Positions 1 through 9,853 of a stretch of 64,000 nucleotides of DNA are shown here, piece by piece. A program made the position numbers and the translations under genes. Under the pieces are notes generated by a model. The model saw only the letters and a list, made by a program, of their open reading frames with translations. It did no database searches and was not told where the DNA came from. Origin of the DNA: a virus; IMG/VR virus record IMGVR_UViG_3300037247_001044, positions 6,831-70,830 of that record; one strand, 5' to 3'. Numbering within the stretch: the first letter of the stretch is position 1; every line of letters starts with the position of its first letter.

Positions 1-524
1 ATGTCTGCAAGTTCCTGGTTCACCTTGATCGCAACCAGGTCCGCCGCGTTGGGCTCCAACATCGCGGAGTCAACCGGTTCCTCGCAAATGTGCCAGACGC
101 CCTTGAACCCGCCGCCTCGTTTCTTCGGCACCATCAGGTGTTCCCAGCCGACGATCGAAAAGCGGTTGCCGAGCACCAGCCAGTCGCGGATCAGATGGGT
201 GACTGTTGGATTGCGCCGATAGTCTCTGAGGTGATTGCTCATGCACGCTTTACTGGTGGATTGAATCGCCCACGAGCCGACCTTGGCCACATCGGGTTGC
301 TCTATGTCGGTGCGCGAACTATCCCAGTAGGCCAGTACGTCCATGTACCCGAAGAGATCCTTTTTGAAGCCGCCGGCAAACTTCTCCTTTTGCTCCCCGT
401 GGGCAAACGCAACGAATCGCTCACAGACCTCTGCGTGGTAGCCGCGATCTCGCAGTGCCTTCAGCGTGCGTTCGGTGGCCCTTAGTTTCGGCCGTTTGGG
501 TTTTGGGGGTGTTTCCGTTGGCAT
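1..524 (-). CDS. PD-(D/E)XK-type nuclease / Holliday junction resolvase-like protein (3' end outside window)
   Basis: Not in ORF track. ATG at 524 with GGAGG 9 nt upstream; translation MPTETPPKPKRPKLRATERTLKALRDRGY...KDLFGYMDVLAY...AIQST is open to the window edge and resembles phage resolvase motifs. Confidence 0.5.
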   Translation of the reverse strand, partial: MPTETPPKPKRPKLRATERTLKALRDRGYHAEVCERFVAFAHGEQKEKFAGGFKKDLFGYMDVLAYWDSSRTDIEQPDVAKVGSWAIQSTSKACMSNHLRDYRRNPTVTHLIRDWLVLGNRFSIVGWEHLMVPKKRGGGFKGVWHICEEPVDSAMLEPNAADLVAIKVNQELAD

Positions 525-605
525 CCGTTCATTCCTCCAGTCGCCGGTCATCGTCGGCTAGTTTTGGGATTGATATACTTGGGTCACCGGGTTTTGATCG
601 CGACG

Positions 606-1628
606 TCATTCTGGCCCTGATGTGACCGCCTTGGAATTAGGTTGCCTTAATCGGAACATCGGCTCTCCGGACGTATCACACCGGCTCTCGATTATGCCGT
701 CGATTTCCATGATATCTAGCAATATCTCGATGCCTACTTCGTTTTCGTTTGTAACACTAAATTCGCCTGTCAACGCTTTGTTCCATATGCCAAATCGTGA
801 CCCCAGCGTTACACCACCCGACCACATACCCATTTTCCGAAGGCGATTCACCCTCGGACGAACCCATCGCGGACTCCACTCCATCGCGTCGGCTATAATC
901 TGAGTGTCTTGGCTGACGAACCCGACCATGAGCAGTAGCATCACGTCTGCCTCGCAGCCCAGGCACTCGGCCAATTCTACGAAGCCTTCTTTGTAGTCGG
1001 CCAACCACTTTCTAATGCGAAGCGTTACCAAGCCCGTGTCGACCTGTTTTTCCGCGGTGGGCTCCTCTGGGGCAGGTGCCCACCGCGGACTGACGGGGCG
1101 GCCGTCGTCGTCATAGAACACGGGCGTTCCCTTGATGGCCCTGTCTGCACTCATTTCAACCTTTCTGCTATGATATGAGTCGCTGCTTTTTGCTACCGCG
1201 ATGCCATCGAGGGTCCTCAAAAACCATTCATGATTGGTTGCGACCTTCACCGCGTCCGAGGTGATCTCTAAGTCGCTCGCAATCAAGGCGGGTTTTTGGG
1301 GGCCAATTCTGCTTAGATGGTCATAAATTCGGACACGCAACGCATCATCCACCACGGGGGCTGTGTCGGGCTTTTCAGCCGGAGGGGCCGGCAGAATGGC
1401 AGGCTTTTCGCTATGTCGTCTCCCGTTTGTCTCGTACCTAATCGCCGGAGCCGTAGTCTCGATTGATGACGCTAATTGCGTAAGCGTCACATTGAGTTTT
1501 ACGGACTCGATCGCAGTCTTCGCGAGCAACGCCACTGCTGTCCCCTCCCTCCAGCCCATCGCGCCAGAGCGTATATCCTGAATGGTCTCCATAAGTACCT
1601 TTTGGAGGTTGTTAGTATTAGTGGACAT
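606..1628 (-). CDS. hypothetical protein
   Basis: 340-aa ORF, overlaps the upstream gene on the coding strand. Confidence 0.55.
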   Translation of the reverse strand: MSTNTNNLQKVLMETIQDIRSGAMGWREGTAVALLAKTAIESVKLNVTLTQLASSIETTAPAIRYETNGRRHSEKPAILPAPPAEKPDTAPVVDDALRVRIYDHLSRIGPQKPALIASDLEITSDAVKVATNHEWFLRTLDGIAVAKSSDSYHSRKVEMSADRAIKGTPVFYDDDGRPVSPRWAPAPEEPTAEKQVDTGLVTLRIRKWLADYKEGFVELAECLGCEADVMLLLMVGFVSQDTQIIADAMEWSPRWVRPRVNRLRKMGMWSGGVTLGSRFGIWNKALTGEFSVTNENEVGIEILLDIMEIDGIIESRCDTSGEPMFRLRQPNSKAVTSGPE

Positions 1629-2094
1629 TGAATTTCACCATGCGGTACAAATAGTTGACCAGCCGTTCCGGGTTCGTCGCAAGCTGAAATCGTTGGTAGC
1701 ATTCGTTATCGCAAAACTGATGCCGTGTTCTCGCCTTCGAGCGTTGGAATTCACGAGGGCCCAACAAGTGTTTGCCGCAGTAATGGCACATATTGGGCCT
1801 TTGCGCCACCGGCTTTGCGATCTGTTTTTCCAGCAAAGCTGCGCGTCGACTTGTCACGGTAGTTCTCGATACACCAACTGTGTCTGCGACCTTGCGAACA
1901 GACAACCCGTTCTCTAACAATGTCTGTATGTCCCGCTCTTTCCGTTCCCCAATTCTCCCGCGGTACCCCGTGTCTGTAATGCGTGTCGTGGTTTTGTGGC
2001 AACTCTTACAGGCCCAACGCTGGCTGCCTTTGTGGGTGGTCCCATGTCGCTTCACGGCTCCTCCGCAACAAGGACAGCGCGGAATGCTCATCAC
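1618..2094 (-). CDS. InsA-like Zn-ribbon/HTH DNA-binding protein with a second Zn finger
   Basis: CPCCG..VKRHG...GSQRWACKSC, HTH LLENGLSVRKVADTVGVSRTTV, then CHYC...FCDNEC. Confidence 0.6.
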   Translation of the reverse strand: MMSIPRCPCCGGAVKRHGTTHKGSQRWACKSCHKTTTRITDTGYRGRIGERKERDIQTLLENGLSVRKVADTVGVSRTTVTSRRAALLEKQIAKPVAQRPNMCHYCGKHLLGPREFQRSKARTRHQFCDNECYQRFQLATNPERLVNYLYRMVKFNVH

Positions 2095-2134
2095 TTCTCC
2101 TTTGGTGAGCCAAGTAAGTCACTCCCCTAGTTTT

Positions 2135-2788
2135 CTAAAACTCTCCGCTGTGCTGGGCGAACTCCGGAGACTTCGCACCTCGCCCGACAACGAACTCCAA
2201 CAGGTCCGCAGGCTCCTCTGAACGATCAAACGGCATACCTGTGTATGGCAGCATCGTGTCCGGATTAAACACCGGCATGTCCCTCGGCCATTGGTTGGCT
2301 GCCTTGCAAGTACACCGAACCGACCACGAGAAACAAGATTGAGTTCGCATTATCGTCTCGTGTACCGGCTGCCCGTCTCTGGCTGCGCGCATCGCGTACG
2401 GTGTCCAGATTTCGACGAGGCCCTCGTCCTTACACAACAAGCACTCGAAAACTTCCTCGCCGTCGATGTACCGACGCTTCCTCTCACCGGCCACTTGCTG
2501 CGAACTGCCGCGCAGCTTCCGACAGATCTCGCTGATAACCATCGGATGCTTATGCCGGTCGTAGGCTGCCGGCTCAGGCACGTCGACGCCCATCATGTCG
2601 GTCGCCCGCGTGGCGTCGGCAAGGTCGTATCGTCGGAGGGTACGGAACCAGGATGTCATGGTGTCATCGAAGCTTGGCTCGGTGTCGTCCTGGGCGTGGC
2701 GTTTATTGATCTTCTCAAACCACTGGGTCAAGCACGTGAACTTGGCCCGGTGGTAGGTGAGCCATTGATCGAATTCGGAAAGGGTCAT
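2135..2788 (-). CDS. replication-associated protein (helicase-loader-like Zn module)
   Basis: FECLLCKDEG...VRCTCK motif, downstream of the initiator; start set at MTLSEF. Confidence 0.45.
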   Translation of the reverse strand: MTLSEFDQWLTYHRAKFTCLTQWFEKINKRHAQDDTEPSFDDTMTSWFRTLRRYDLADATRATDMMGVDVPEPAAYDRHKHPMVISEICRKLRGSSQQVAGERKRRYIDGEEVFECLLCKDEGLVEIWTPYAMRAARDGQPVHETIMRTQSCFSWSVRCTCKAANQWPRDMPVFNPDTMLPYTGMPFDRSEEPADLLEFVVGRGAKSPEFAQHSGEF

Positions 2789-3138
2789 ATTAGATCTCTT
2801 GGTGGCAGCGGGTGGTTTTTTCGCCGCTGCTTCCATAGGTGAAGACAATAAGGGTGCACACTGACGTACGCTGAACGTCGGGGATGAAATTGCAGCACGG
2901 TTTCATCATCGGACCAGAAGTACGCCTTGATGCTCGCCATTTCCTCCCACGTCGGGCAGCGATCTGGACACGATACCGAGACGTGCTCCCAGCGGTCGTC
3001 GCTTCCGCTGCTGATAACCCTAAGTTGTCCAAGCTCAAAATAACCGTAGTTGGTACCTTTCGGGCTGCTCCCCAAAACAGAATGTGTGCAGCGGAAGTCC
3101 TCAAGTTGTGGATGTATTTGGTCTCTCACGTTCGTCAT
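2785..3138 (-). CDS. conserved phage hypothetical protein
   Basis: WEHVSVS..RCPTWEEM..IK..FW...QFHP....HPYCLHLW motif, widespread in phages. Confidence 0.7.
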   Translation of the reverse strand: MTNVRDQIHPQLEDFRCTHSVLGSSPKGTNYGYFELGQLRVISSGSDDRWEHVSVSCPDRCPTWEEMASIKAYFWSDDETVLQFHPRRSAYVSVHPYCLHLWKQRRKNHPLPPRDLI

Positions 3139-3859
3139 CCTTGATTGTGTAGCCAAGGTTGGGCGGAGGGTCGCCGGCCAGGGCCTGCCCGTCCGGTTCC
3201 CGAATCCCCTGCCAGCCCTTGGCGATCGTATGGTCGATTGCCGCAATGGAACGCTGAATCCCCCAGTCGAGAAACTGTGTCAACTGCTTTTTGGCCGAGG
3301 TGGGCTTCAGCGGCTTCTTGATTTCGCGCCGGTGTTGCTGCCAGTCGGTCCAGGCCCGGACAAAGGCGGGAACATTCAAGGGTCCCGGAATCGGAACCAG
3401 AGAATCCCCCCTGGGGGACCTAGGGGGTTTCTTTTCTTCTCTCTTCTCTTCTCTTCTCTTCTCTTCTCTTGGTGCGCGTTTCGTAACGCTTACCGTAACG
3501 CTGCCAGCGTTACTTTTTGCCCGATGTTTTCGGGCTCTTCTTGCCGTAAGTGCCCGCTGCTTAGCGGTTTCCGAGATATACTCATCAAACTTCGGAAAGA
3601 TTATGCCATTAGTGTTGATTATGAGCCACCCGGCATTGCTCATCGCTTGCGCGAAACCCGTCACAGAAACGTAACGGTCGAGGAACGCTGGCGTAACGCT
3701 GGGAGCGTTACCGTCTATGGTCTGCCGATCGGCCCACGACCAGATCCCATGGAGCTTGCCCACGACATGGTCCTCTTCAATGCCGATCTCGGCCGCAATA
3801 GATATGACTGCCGGATCTTCTGGCAGATCATGCCGCATTTGAATCCAGTCGCCAGCCAT
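3101..3859 (-). CDS. phage replication initiator (replisome organizer-like)
   Basis: MAGDWIQMRHDL N-terminus, low-complexity REEKRREEK linker, C-terminal WTDWQQHRREIKKP...GWQGI. Confidence 0.75.
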   Translation of the reverse strand: MAGDWIQMRHDLPEDPAVISIAAEIGIEEDHVVGKLHGIWSWADRQTIDGNAPSVTPAFLDRYVSVTGFAQAMSNAGWLIINTNGIIFPKFDEYISETAKQRALTARRARKHRAKSNAGSVTVSVTKRAPREEKRREEKREEKKPPRSPRGDSLVPIPGPLNVPAFVRAWTDWQQHRREIKKPLKPTSAKKQLTQFLDWGIQRSIAAIDHTIAKGWQGIREPDGQALAGDPPPNLGYTIKDDERERPNTSTT

Positions 3860-3869
3860 CCGTAAATCC

Positions 3870-4259
3870 TCATTTCCTCGTCTTGTCAATCGCAACGTAC
3901 TCGCCTCGCTTGGCTTTCCGTTCGGAGGTGGCGTAGCCGCGGAAGAGGGCACGCTGGTCGCGGTCCACCTGGTAGACCGCCCACTTTGCGCGGGCGACAT
4001 GAACCGCGTGATAGGGGTTTCCCCACCTCGAATAGGCGTGGGGTTGTCCGTCGAGCGGACCGCCAAAGTGATAGCTACGCAAGAACAGACCTTCCGCTTT
4101 GAGCGACTGTGTTAGGTCCGTGCGATACGGTTTCAGGGTGGCAAGAATGGTATCGCGGGAGATACTGTCTGGTGTCTCGATGAGTAGTTCGTCGTCGAAA
4201 TCCAGGCCAACTTGTACGCCCAGGGCTCTTATGAAGTTGAGTATGTTCATGGTCGCCAT
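3870..4259 (-). CDS. hypothetical protein
   Basis: ORF with AAGGA SD, same strand as neighbours. Confidence 0.55.
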   Translation of the reverse strand: MATMNILNFIRALGVQVGLDFDDELLIETPDSISRDTILATLKPYRTDLTQSLKAEGLFLRSYHFGGPLDGQPHAYSRWGNPYHAVHVARAKWAVYQVDRDQRALFRGYATSERKAKRGEYVAIDKTRK

Positions 4260-4530
4260 CCGTGATCCTTCCTTGTTCCGTCAGTCACCAACCACACGAA
4301 CGTCGCTCGGCTCGACGGTGAATAGGTGGTCGCTCATAGCCTTCCAGGCTTGCCTTGCGACCGTAGGTTTGCTGGTAATGTCAACCCCTCAATAGGGACC
4401 TCTGATATCTCACCACACTCGCAACACTCGATTGCAAACTGCGAGATGAAAATATGTTTCCGCCTGGCATTGCAATCAGGGCACCATGCCATCGTGGAAT
4501 GTACGTCACCGTCACAGGCCTCGACCACCA

Positions 4531-4914
4531 TCACTTCTCCCCCTTCCACGCCGCCACGTCGGCGGCAGTGATTCGATCCGGCCCCCAGCCAATCAAAGCG
4601 TTAAAGGCATCTAGGTCGTAGTCTTTCGGTCGACTCTTTTTCAGCACGGCCAACTGCCGCGACTGGGGCCAGTCTTCGTTTCCGTGAATACGTAACTGGT
4701 GACACGAACAGCACAGCCATAGTACCGCGTACCGCTTGTCTCTTGCCTTGTCGCGAAACGGGCCTCTGGCTATCTCGTGCTGGTGCATCGCCCGAAGTGG
4801 CTCTCCGTACTTCATTCCTGACGGATCGTATCTGCACAGCTCACAGTGTCCGACCTCACGCTTGAGTTGTTCGCGGAACTTACGGGCGGCGGTCTTTTTC
4901 GAGATGCGGCGCAT
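4531..4914 (-). CDS. HNH-like Zn-binding protein
   Basis: CELC...HQHEI...LWLCCSCH..IH pattern. Confidence 0.5.
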   Translation of the reverse strand: MRRISKKTAARKFREQLKREVGHCELCRYDPSGMKYGEPLRAMHQHEIARGPFRDKARDKRYAVLWLCCSCHQLRIHGNEDWPQSRQLAVLKKSRPKDYDLDAFNALIGWGPDRITAADVAAWKGEK

Positions 4915-5549
4915 TAGGCAGACGCCTCCGGCGCCCCAGGCATCCAGCCGAGCTCCACCGCGTCGCCTCGATGCGATTTAGGCGTCAACAGACCGGCCAC
5001 CGAAACACCCTCTTCGTTCTCGCCGGTAATCGCGACGGGCGAGTCATAGTCGGCCACCGCCAAGACAACTTGCTCGACACCCATTCGGCGAAACGTCGCG
5101 AGTGTTTCTTCGAGCACCGCGACGTCGAGCACCACAGCCATAGACTCTTTATCGCGAAAGCCCATAAACATTGAGCGGTAATCTGGAAAGCGGCCGGCAA
5201 GAGGCAGCACATCCAGTGTCGTATTGCACTGCGAAGTCTTCATCGCCAGTGCGACGCGACCCTCATTCGCACTCATCACTACCTCGTTCGTCGTGCCCAT
5301 GGCCATCGCGATGACCTGCTCGCACGCTGATCTTGGGACCACGGCGTTGACGTCCGCCGCATCTTCTTTGCCCCACGTGGCCGCGACCAACCTACGAGCA
5401 TTGGTGGCAACGGCTATCTGCTCGCCGCCGTCACGGTGGAAGTACACGCCGCCGAGCGCGTATCGCAGGACATCCGCGTCGCCCATGGCGTGAAGGTGAA
5501 AAACACTGGGGGGGACAAGCATGAGTTGGTTCCTTTCTTGAATTAACAC
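4914..5549 (-). CDS. DNA polymerase III beta-clamp-like protein (partial, about two domains)
   Basis: RYALGGVYF, AVATNARRL and GRFPDYR match DnaN central-domain motifs. Confidence 0.7.
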   Translation of the reverse strand: MLIQERNQLMLVPPSVFHLHAMGDADVLRYALGGVYFHRDGGEQIAVATNARRLVAATWGKEDAADVNAVVPRSACEQVIAMAMGTTNEVVMSANEGRVALAMKTSQCNTTLDVLPLAGRFPDYRSMFMGFRDKESMAVVLDVAVLEETLATFRRMGVEQVVLAVADYDSPVAITGENEEGVSVAGLLTPKSHRGDAVELGWMPGAPEASA

Positions 5550-5577
5550 CCCAGCCAGCGCGGCCGCTGGGGACTGT

Positions 5578-5802
5578 TCATGTCTTTATCCTGCAATCAT
5601 CTCGCGGCAACATTGAATAACCTTCGGCGTGATAGCACGTTAACCGCGTTTCAGGATGCCAAGAGTACGGGGGCTGCTGCCATGTGCCGACCCGTTGGCG
5701 TTTCACTACTTTTGCGTTGGCAAACTTCCAACATCCGCCCTCGCGGTTGTGATTGTAGTAGTCGTCGCGGCAATCTTGGCAGAGTTCTTTTGTCTTGTCC
5801 AT
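5578..5802 (-). CDS. small Cys-containing hypothetical protein
   Basis: MDKTKELCQDC; coupled to the upstream stop. Confidence 0.55.
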   Translation of the reverse strand: MDKTKELCQDCRDDYYNHNREGGCWKFANAKVVKRQRVGTWQQPPYSWHPETRLTCYHAEGYSMLPRDDCRIKT

Positions 5803-6179
5803 CAGTCGTTCTCCACGCTGTACATTCCCAGCAAGGCACGCCAACGGTTATAGTTGCCCAGCAAGGCACGCCAACGGTTATAGTTGCCTGGCGATGGCAA
5901 GATGCTCTCTTGGGCCATGCCGATTGCCTGCTGCAAAGCGATGGTGCGTTCTTCGCACTTCTTGCGGAGTGTCTTGTTCTCGGCTTCCAGCTTGTCGCGG
6001 ATTGCTTTCGTAGCTATATACTTTTCATTCACAGCCCGGTAGTCGCATTCCAATCGCTCCATCTGCTCAACCGCCCACGTCAAGTCGCTCCGCCGAATCT
6101 CCCCCGCCGCATCGCGCGACACACTTCGCGCAAATCCATCTCGCAGGTCCTTTTTGATCTTCTCGACTCGATTCATCAC
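5802..6179 (-). CDS. coiled-coil hypothetical protein with internal duplication
   Basis: GNYNRWRALL repeated twice. Confidence 0.5.
   Translation of the reverse strand: MMNRVEKIKKDLRDGFARSVSRDAAGEIRRSDLTWAVEQMERLECDYRAVNEKYIATKAIRDKLEAENKTLRKKCEERTIALQQAIGMAQESILPSPGNYNRWRALLGNYNRWRALLGMYSVEND
5827..5888. repeat. 30-bp tandem duplication
   Basis: CCCAGCAAGGCACGCCAACGGTTATAGTTG occurs twice in tandem. Confidence 0.9.
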
Positions 6180-6865
6180 TCGTCCTCCGTTGCTTCAGGA
6201 TTACTCGGCTCCGTAGCGACCTCGCAAATTACAATGTAATCAGCACTCCGCCCAGTGCATCCCCATTGGATTTGCTGGCCGAGCGGAACCCCAATGGCCG
6301 TCTCGCGCGACAAGTTCAACACTTTGCCTTGGTCGCCATATTCACGAATCAAGCCAGCGACGATTCTGTTGATCTGTTCGAGGCCGCTGCAATTTGGGCC
6401 CTCGGGAGTTTGTTGCCACTTCCGTAGCCGGTGGACGTGCCCGCACAGATCGTAAATCAGCCGGTGTGGCTTGTCTTTCCACGTTGCAGCGTGCGGACCC
6501 TCGCCGCCGGGTGCTTGCCGGTACGCTTGCAGGTCGGCGTGCCAATAGTCCGCGTCACAAAAAGCTTTCAACCGCTCGACCTCTTCGGTCTTCGCCTTGA
6601 GTTCCACTCGCAATCGCTCGTACTCCGCCGCCCATCCGTTTTTGCCGTCGATAGCGTCGCGCAGTCGTTGGATTTCTTCAATTCTGGTCATTGGTCGGAG
6701 TGTCTTGTTCTCGGCTTCCAGTTTGGTGAGCCGCTCGATCTCCTTGACTGTCCGCCGCAGCAGATCCGCCGTAAACGCGCTATCGAGGTCGGGTTGACCG
6801 TCATCCTCTTGCGCGTCGGCTTCTTCCCGGAGTTCTTCGGTCAACTCGGTAAGCAAGTCCATCAC
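6176..6865 (-). CDS. coiled-coil hypothetical protein
   Basis: 229-aa ORF; shares KLEAENKTLR with the neighbouring ORF. Confidence 0.55.
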   Translation of the reverse strand: MMDLLTELTEELREEADAQEDDGQPDLDSAFTADLLRRTVKEIERLTKLEAENKTLRPMTRIEEIQRLRDAIDGKNGWAAEYERLRVELKAKTEEVERLKAFCDADYWHADLQAYRQAPGGEGPHAATWKDKPHRLIYDLCGHVHRLRKWQQTPEGPNCSGLEQINRIVAGLIREYGDQGKVLNLSRETAIGVPLGQQIQWGCTGRSADYIVICEVATEPSNPEATEDE

Positions 6866-7221
6866 TCGTCCTTTCCTTAATTAACACCCCAGCCAGCGCG
6901 GCCCCCGGCCTGTGTCGCAGAACCGGAAGTCGAGCCAAGGGAGCGGAGTTTGTCTTCATGGCGAGTCCGTTAGCTTGCGTAATACTGCTTCGGCCATCAA
7001 TCTCACCACGCCAAGAAAGAGTCGTAGCTTAGGTGCGTCAGAATGATCAATCAAGCCGTGCAAAAGATCACGCGACTCAGTAATCGCCTTGTCATCCCGC
7101 AGGCCCGCATCTAGGCGATCGACTTCGGCAAGGGTAAACGCCGCCATCTTCCTCATGTCATTGCCGCTCATCCCGATGCCTCCTGGGCCTTGCTAGTAAG
7201 CCGAAAGTAGGCTCCAAGTCC

Positions 7222-7491
7222 TTATCCTTCAATCGCCGGCAATTGCTTCAGTGCTTCATCACGCGATATGTAGATCGGCGTCAATTCTTCCGCGTAGTTC
7301 TGACAAATCATCTGCACGTCGTCGCGGTCGGCGCACTCGATACAGATTGTGGTGAATCCCCAAGTCGCAGGAATGATGCCTTGATGGGACAAGCAGAACT
7401 CGCGTCCGCAAACGTGGCACTCCTGCAAGCAACCTGCGCGTTTGCAGAAGTCACAAACGTCGCGTTCGTATTCGGGAATACGTATCTTCAC
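7222..7491 (-). CDS. small Zn-finger protein
   Basis: CDFC..CHVC..FCLSH..CIEC; GTG start after AGGAGG. Confidence 0.5.
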   Translation of the reverse strand: MKIRIPEYERDVCDFCKRAGCLQECHVCGREFCLSHQGIIPATWGFTTICIECADRDDVQMICQNYAEELTPIYISRDEALKQLPAIEG

Positions 7492-7985
7492 GCCAACGCC
7501 TCCTGGCCCCATCGGCTCGTGATTGTGTGTTTGCCGTGGTCGACATGGCGAATGTCGTACCTGTGGTAGTTATTGCTCGCTTCGTTGTCCGCTAGCCACG
7601 TATCCACGATCTCGCAGTCAATGTGAATTCCTCCGATGAACACGTAGCATTTTGATAGAGCGTCAATCGTGTTCATTCCGTCCGAATACACCAGCCCACT
7701 GAAATCCACTGGAGTGCCTGGGTCCCACCATTGGCCCGATGCCTCTATCACGCTGCCATCAATCATGGGGATGCTGAACTTACGGCCGCCGAATGCTTGC
7801 CAGTTTGGCCCCGGTTTTTCGTAGCCGTAGAACCCGAAGCAACCCGAGTCGTGGCCCTGCAACCAATTTCTCCCCTTCCTCTCATAGACAAGTTTCGGCA
7901 TCCGGTCGACCACGAGCATTCTCTGCGTGGAGTATTTTCCCCTGTGGTCGATGATATCGACGATGTTTATCAGTGCCTTGGTCAT
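7488..7985 (-). CDS. conserved phage hypothetical protein
   Basis: AFGGRKFSIPMIDG...GQWWD; AGGAGG SD. Confidence 0.55.
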   Translation of the reverse strand: MTKALINIVDIIDHRGKYSTQRMLVVDRMPKLVYERKGRNWLQGHDSGCFGFYGYEKPGPNWQAFGGRKFSIPMIDGSVIEASGQWWDPGTPVDFSGLVYSDGMNTIDALSKCYVFIGGIHIDCEIVDTWLADNEASNNYHRYDIRHVDHGKHTITSRWGQEALA

Positions 7986-8021
7986 CCCAACGCCTCCTGG
8001 CATTTTTAGCTGGGGGTTTCG

Positions 8022-8978
8022 TTACGCTGTCGCCTCCGACAACTCCTTACGCCTCTTCGTACAAAGCCCCGCCACCTCTTTGCGGGACTCAGTTATCAAC
8101 CGCATGTCGGCCCCGGCGTCCTTGGCGATGGGGCCGATAAACCTCACGGCGCTCGCGTTCCCGAGCCGCTTCTCATACTCCTTGATCACCGCGTCTTGTT
8201 CGGCCACATTTGGTCCGGTTGGTTCTGGTGGCGTGTCGTCGAACAACCTCGACTTACGAACCGGTTTGCGCGAGGGCACGTCGATTGCGTCGGCCACGTC
8301 GCCTTCTGGAGTTGGGACGGTGTGGCCGGTTATCAGGTCGTAGATGCCGGCGTATGCTTTACGAGTCGCCTTGCCGAGAATTGCGTCGTCCCCCATTTTC
8401 TCGTTGACCCGAACAACAATACGATCATCGAACTCGCCGCCGCCGGCCAGTCGCTTCTTGCCTCGGTGGCAGCTCATCTCTTCGCCGTCTAGCAACCACG
8501 ACGCCACGTAGGCGACGAACGCGCGACCGCCCTGCCTGTCTGGTATCCCAAGCGAATCCTGAAAGTTAGTCAGCCCGGGGTACGTCCTGACGAGTCGCAT
8601 GAAGCCGGCCTTGCAGCCGTAGAAACGTCCGGCGATGATGTTAAACTCATTGTTCACCGGTCGGAAGCCTCGCACCGTCGCCTCGATAAACGCCGGCCGT
8701 ACAACCTCGACGGGATACCCATCCGGCTTGTCGTCTTTATCGGTTCTGAACCCCAAGGCATGACCGCGAAGGGCCATGACGTCGCTCATCATCTCGGGGC
8801 TGATTAACGAATCTAACTTCTTCGTTAGTTTCGCCAGTGCAAACGCCGAGCCGAATTGTTCCTCGACGTTGGCTAGTTGTGTCCTGCAATCCCTGGCGAC
8901 CGTTTCGAGTTCTCTGAGCTGATTGGCCTCAGCGGGAGTGGGCGCCAGTTCTGTGCTCGTACTCATTCGATTCTCCAA
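8022..8978 (-). CDS. putative single-strand annealing protein (partner of the adjacent exonuclease)
   Basis: Directly downstream of a RecE-like exonuclease; function inferred from synteny only. Confidence 0.4.
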   Translation of the reverse strand: MENRMSTSTELAPTPAEANQLRELETVARDCRTQLANVEEQFGSAFALAKLTKKLDSLISPEMMSDVMALRGHALGFRTDKDDKPDGYPVEVVRPAFIEATVRGFRPVNNEFNIIAGRFYGCKAGFMRLVRTYPGLTNFQDSLGIPDRQGGRAFVAYVASWLLDGEEMSCHRGKKRLAGGGEFDDRIVVRVNEKMGDDAILGKATRKAYAGIYDLITGHTVPTPEGDVADAIDVPSRKPVRKSRLFDDTPPEPTGPNVAEQDAVIKEYEKRLGNASAVRFIGPIAKDAGADMRLITESRKEVAGLCTKRRKELSEATA

Positions 8979-9853
8979 TCGTCATTGTCCCATTTGGGTA
9001 GTGAAATCGTTACAGCTATCCGATCCAAGTCCGACCGCCAGGCATCCTCCCCCAACGCTTCCGTCTTGCCGAGACGCTCGACAATCTCGCCGCGCGCACG
9101 GCGTATTTCCTCCAAGCCGAGTGCGTAGTCTTCGTCATCTAGATCGTAAACGCGACACTCATTCGCGGGCGACTTGTCTGAGGTGATAAAGTAGAAGGCT
9201 CGCACCTCGTAGCCCTGTAGCTTCACCGGCTCTGAATACCATGCTCCTTGCCGGTGGTAACCGAACTTCTTGGCATCTCGGGCAAACTCGCGCGGCGAGA
9301 GGGCCCGTGTCGTTTTGAAGTCGCTGAGAATCATTGCGCCTTTGAAGCCCGAGGCCAAATCGGGCCGCGTCCGCAACGCCAGCCCCGTTTCGTTGTCGGT
9401 CCATATCAGCGTATGCTCGTGATGCAACGCGGACGAGAACAGCTTGCTCGCTACTGGATGCTCGTGCACGCGGCGCACCATTATCCGTGCTGTGTGCATC
9501 TCCTCGGCCTTGAGATAGATGAGTCCAGGGTGTTCCTCCGTCCATTCCTTGTAGGCCTTGCCGTGTTTTGCGCGGGCCTTGCTGAGTTTCTCTTCCGGGA
9601 TTACAATGGCTACGTCGCCGATACTGCCAGGTGACGAGAACAATTGATGGGTTGCCGTACCGAACGCGAATACCGCCTTCTCTTGGCGGGCATACAACGG
9701 CGGCTTGGCCACGTGCATTCCGTAGAAGTAGAGCGGGCCGTGCTTGATGTAATCGCCGCACTGAGAATTCGACAGTTCGGCCCGCGCGTGATAGTCGGCC
9801 ATCGTGCATTCGATGTGCCGGGGCTTGGTGGGTGCTTCGGTGATTTGATTCAC
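8963..9853 (-). CDS. PD-(D/E)XK exonuclease VIII/RecE-like (DUF3799-type)
   Basis: YHA..LSNS, FGTATH, RTRPD, SDFKTT, YHRQGAWY motifs. Confidence 0.85.
   Translation of the reverse strand: MNQITEAPTKPRHIECTMADYHARAELSNSQCGDYIKHGPLYFYGMHVAKPPLYARQEKAVFAFGTATHQLFSSPGSIGDVAIVIPEEKLSKARAKHGKAYKEWTEEHPGLIYLKAEEMHTARIMVRRVHEHPVASKLFSSALHHEHTLIWTDNETGLALRTRPDLASGFKGAMILSDFKTTRALSPREFARDAKKFGYHRQGAWYSEPVKLQGYEVRAFYFITSDKSPANECRVYDLDDEDYALGLEEIRRARGEIVERLGKTEALGEDAWRSDLDRIAVTISLPKWDNDDWRIE

Noticed and set aside
1618-2094. IS1 element
   Set aside because: InsA-like domains only; no InsB/DDE ORF or terminal inverted repeats seen
3433-3470. (CTCTT)n microsatellite as a separate element
   Set aside because: Encodes the REEKRREEK linker usual in phage initiators; may be part of the origin but is not unusual
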